From an uncultured Patescibacteria group bacterium (GTDB lineage: Bacteria; Patescibacteriota; Minisyncoccia; Phycocordibacterales; UBA918), in the NCBI GenBank assembly GCA_934699595.1, contig CAKUWT010000002.1, forward strand, positions 37,065-101,064: DNA of 64,000 bases, given 5' to 3'. Under the pieces are notes generated by a model. The model ran no database searches. It was not told where the DNA came from and was given only the letters and a program-made list of their open reading frames with translations. A program made the position numbers and the translations under genes. Positions 63,646-64,000 of this stretch are shown in pieces (the stretch's first letter is position 1; every line of letters starts with the position of its first letter).

Positions 63646-64000
63646 ATGGCTGAAAATTATGATCGTTCCAAGCCGCACGTAAACGTTGGTACTATTGGTC
63701 ACGTTGACCATGGTAAGACTACTACCACGGCTGCTATCCTTACTGTCCTTAAAGCTCATGAAGCTGAGGGTTATGGAGCCAACGTGAAAGATGTGGCGGC
63801 TATCGACAAAGCGCCAGAGGAGAAGGCTCGCGGAATTACTATTTCCTTGTCTCACTCTGAGTACGAAACTCCTAAGCGTCATTACGCACATATCGATGCT
63901 CCTGGTCACGCTGACTATATTAAAAATATGATCACCGGTGCCGCCCAGATGGACGGGGCTATTTTGGTAGTATCAGCTACCGACGGTGCTATGCCGCAGA
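63646..64000 (+). CDS. tuf: Elongation factor Tu; N-terminal part, running off the window end
   Basis: [31 protein letters not shown]...[26 protein letters not shown]. It is not in the ORF track because no stop lies within the window. Confidence 0.9.
   Translation, partial: MAENYDRSKPHVNVGTIGHVDHGKTTTTAAILTVLKAHEAEGYGANVKDVAAIDKAPEEKARGITISLSHSEYETPKRHYAHIDAPGHADYIKNMITGAAQMDGAILVVSATDGAMPQ

Noticed and set aside
1-64000. Transposases/IS elements, rRNA genes, toxin-antitoxin pairs
   Set aside because: No ORF with DDE, HUH or serine-recombinase transposase motifs was recognised, nor rRNA-like conserved stretches. Mobility is instead inferred from tRNA-linked repeats and compositional anomalies.

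Overview
This 64-kb window looks like a small-genome bacterium, plausibly from the Patescibacteria/CPR radiation; that lineage call is a low-confidence inference from gene content. GC content is moderate and coding density is high. Housekeeping genes are fragmented by accessory material. The calls made are: a partial anchored low-complexity protein, pnp, an NYN-domain gene, rpsO, a Xer-type tyrosine recombinase, two paralogous small Cys/His-rich proteins, a membrane-anchored Clp/Hsp100 ATPase, cspA, xth, cca, an ECF sigma factor with a putative anti-sigma partner and an adjacent trypsin-like protease, an M20 peptidase, hup, a standalone prephenate dehydratase domain, tig without a PPIase domain, ppa, nusA, tpiA, pgk, a HIT protein, recJ, rnhA, a split ComEC, a SOD-like protein, rpmB, an M50 protease, rpsL, rpsG, an ABC-F ATPase, fusA, rplC, rplD, rplW, rplB and the start of tuf. 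Five points stand out. (1) A type IV pilus locus holds three tandem major-pilin genes with near-identical 5' halves and divergent 3' halves, a 5'-truncated silent pilin copy, and pilB, pilC and three large pseudopilin/PilX-like genes. (2) Four tRNA genes (Arg-TCG, Gly-GCC, Pro-TGG, Gly-TCC) are each followed within about 50-300 bp by a member of a modular repeat family with covarying hairpins and a degenerate copy of that tRNA's 3' half. (3) A gene-poor island lies between tRNA-Arg and tRNA-Pro, holding a decayed hydrolase, an HTH protein, a YraN-like nuclease and 14-bp CACGTG-core palindromes. (4) A visibly GC-rich minigene with canonical promoter, SD and terminator sits between rpsG and fusA. 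(5) Two paralogous lectin-like secreted proteins share an identical roughly 240-bp 5' module and bracket rplC-rplB. No CRISPR array, transposase or rRNA was found.
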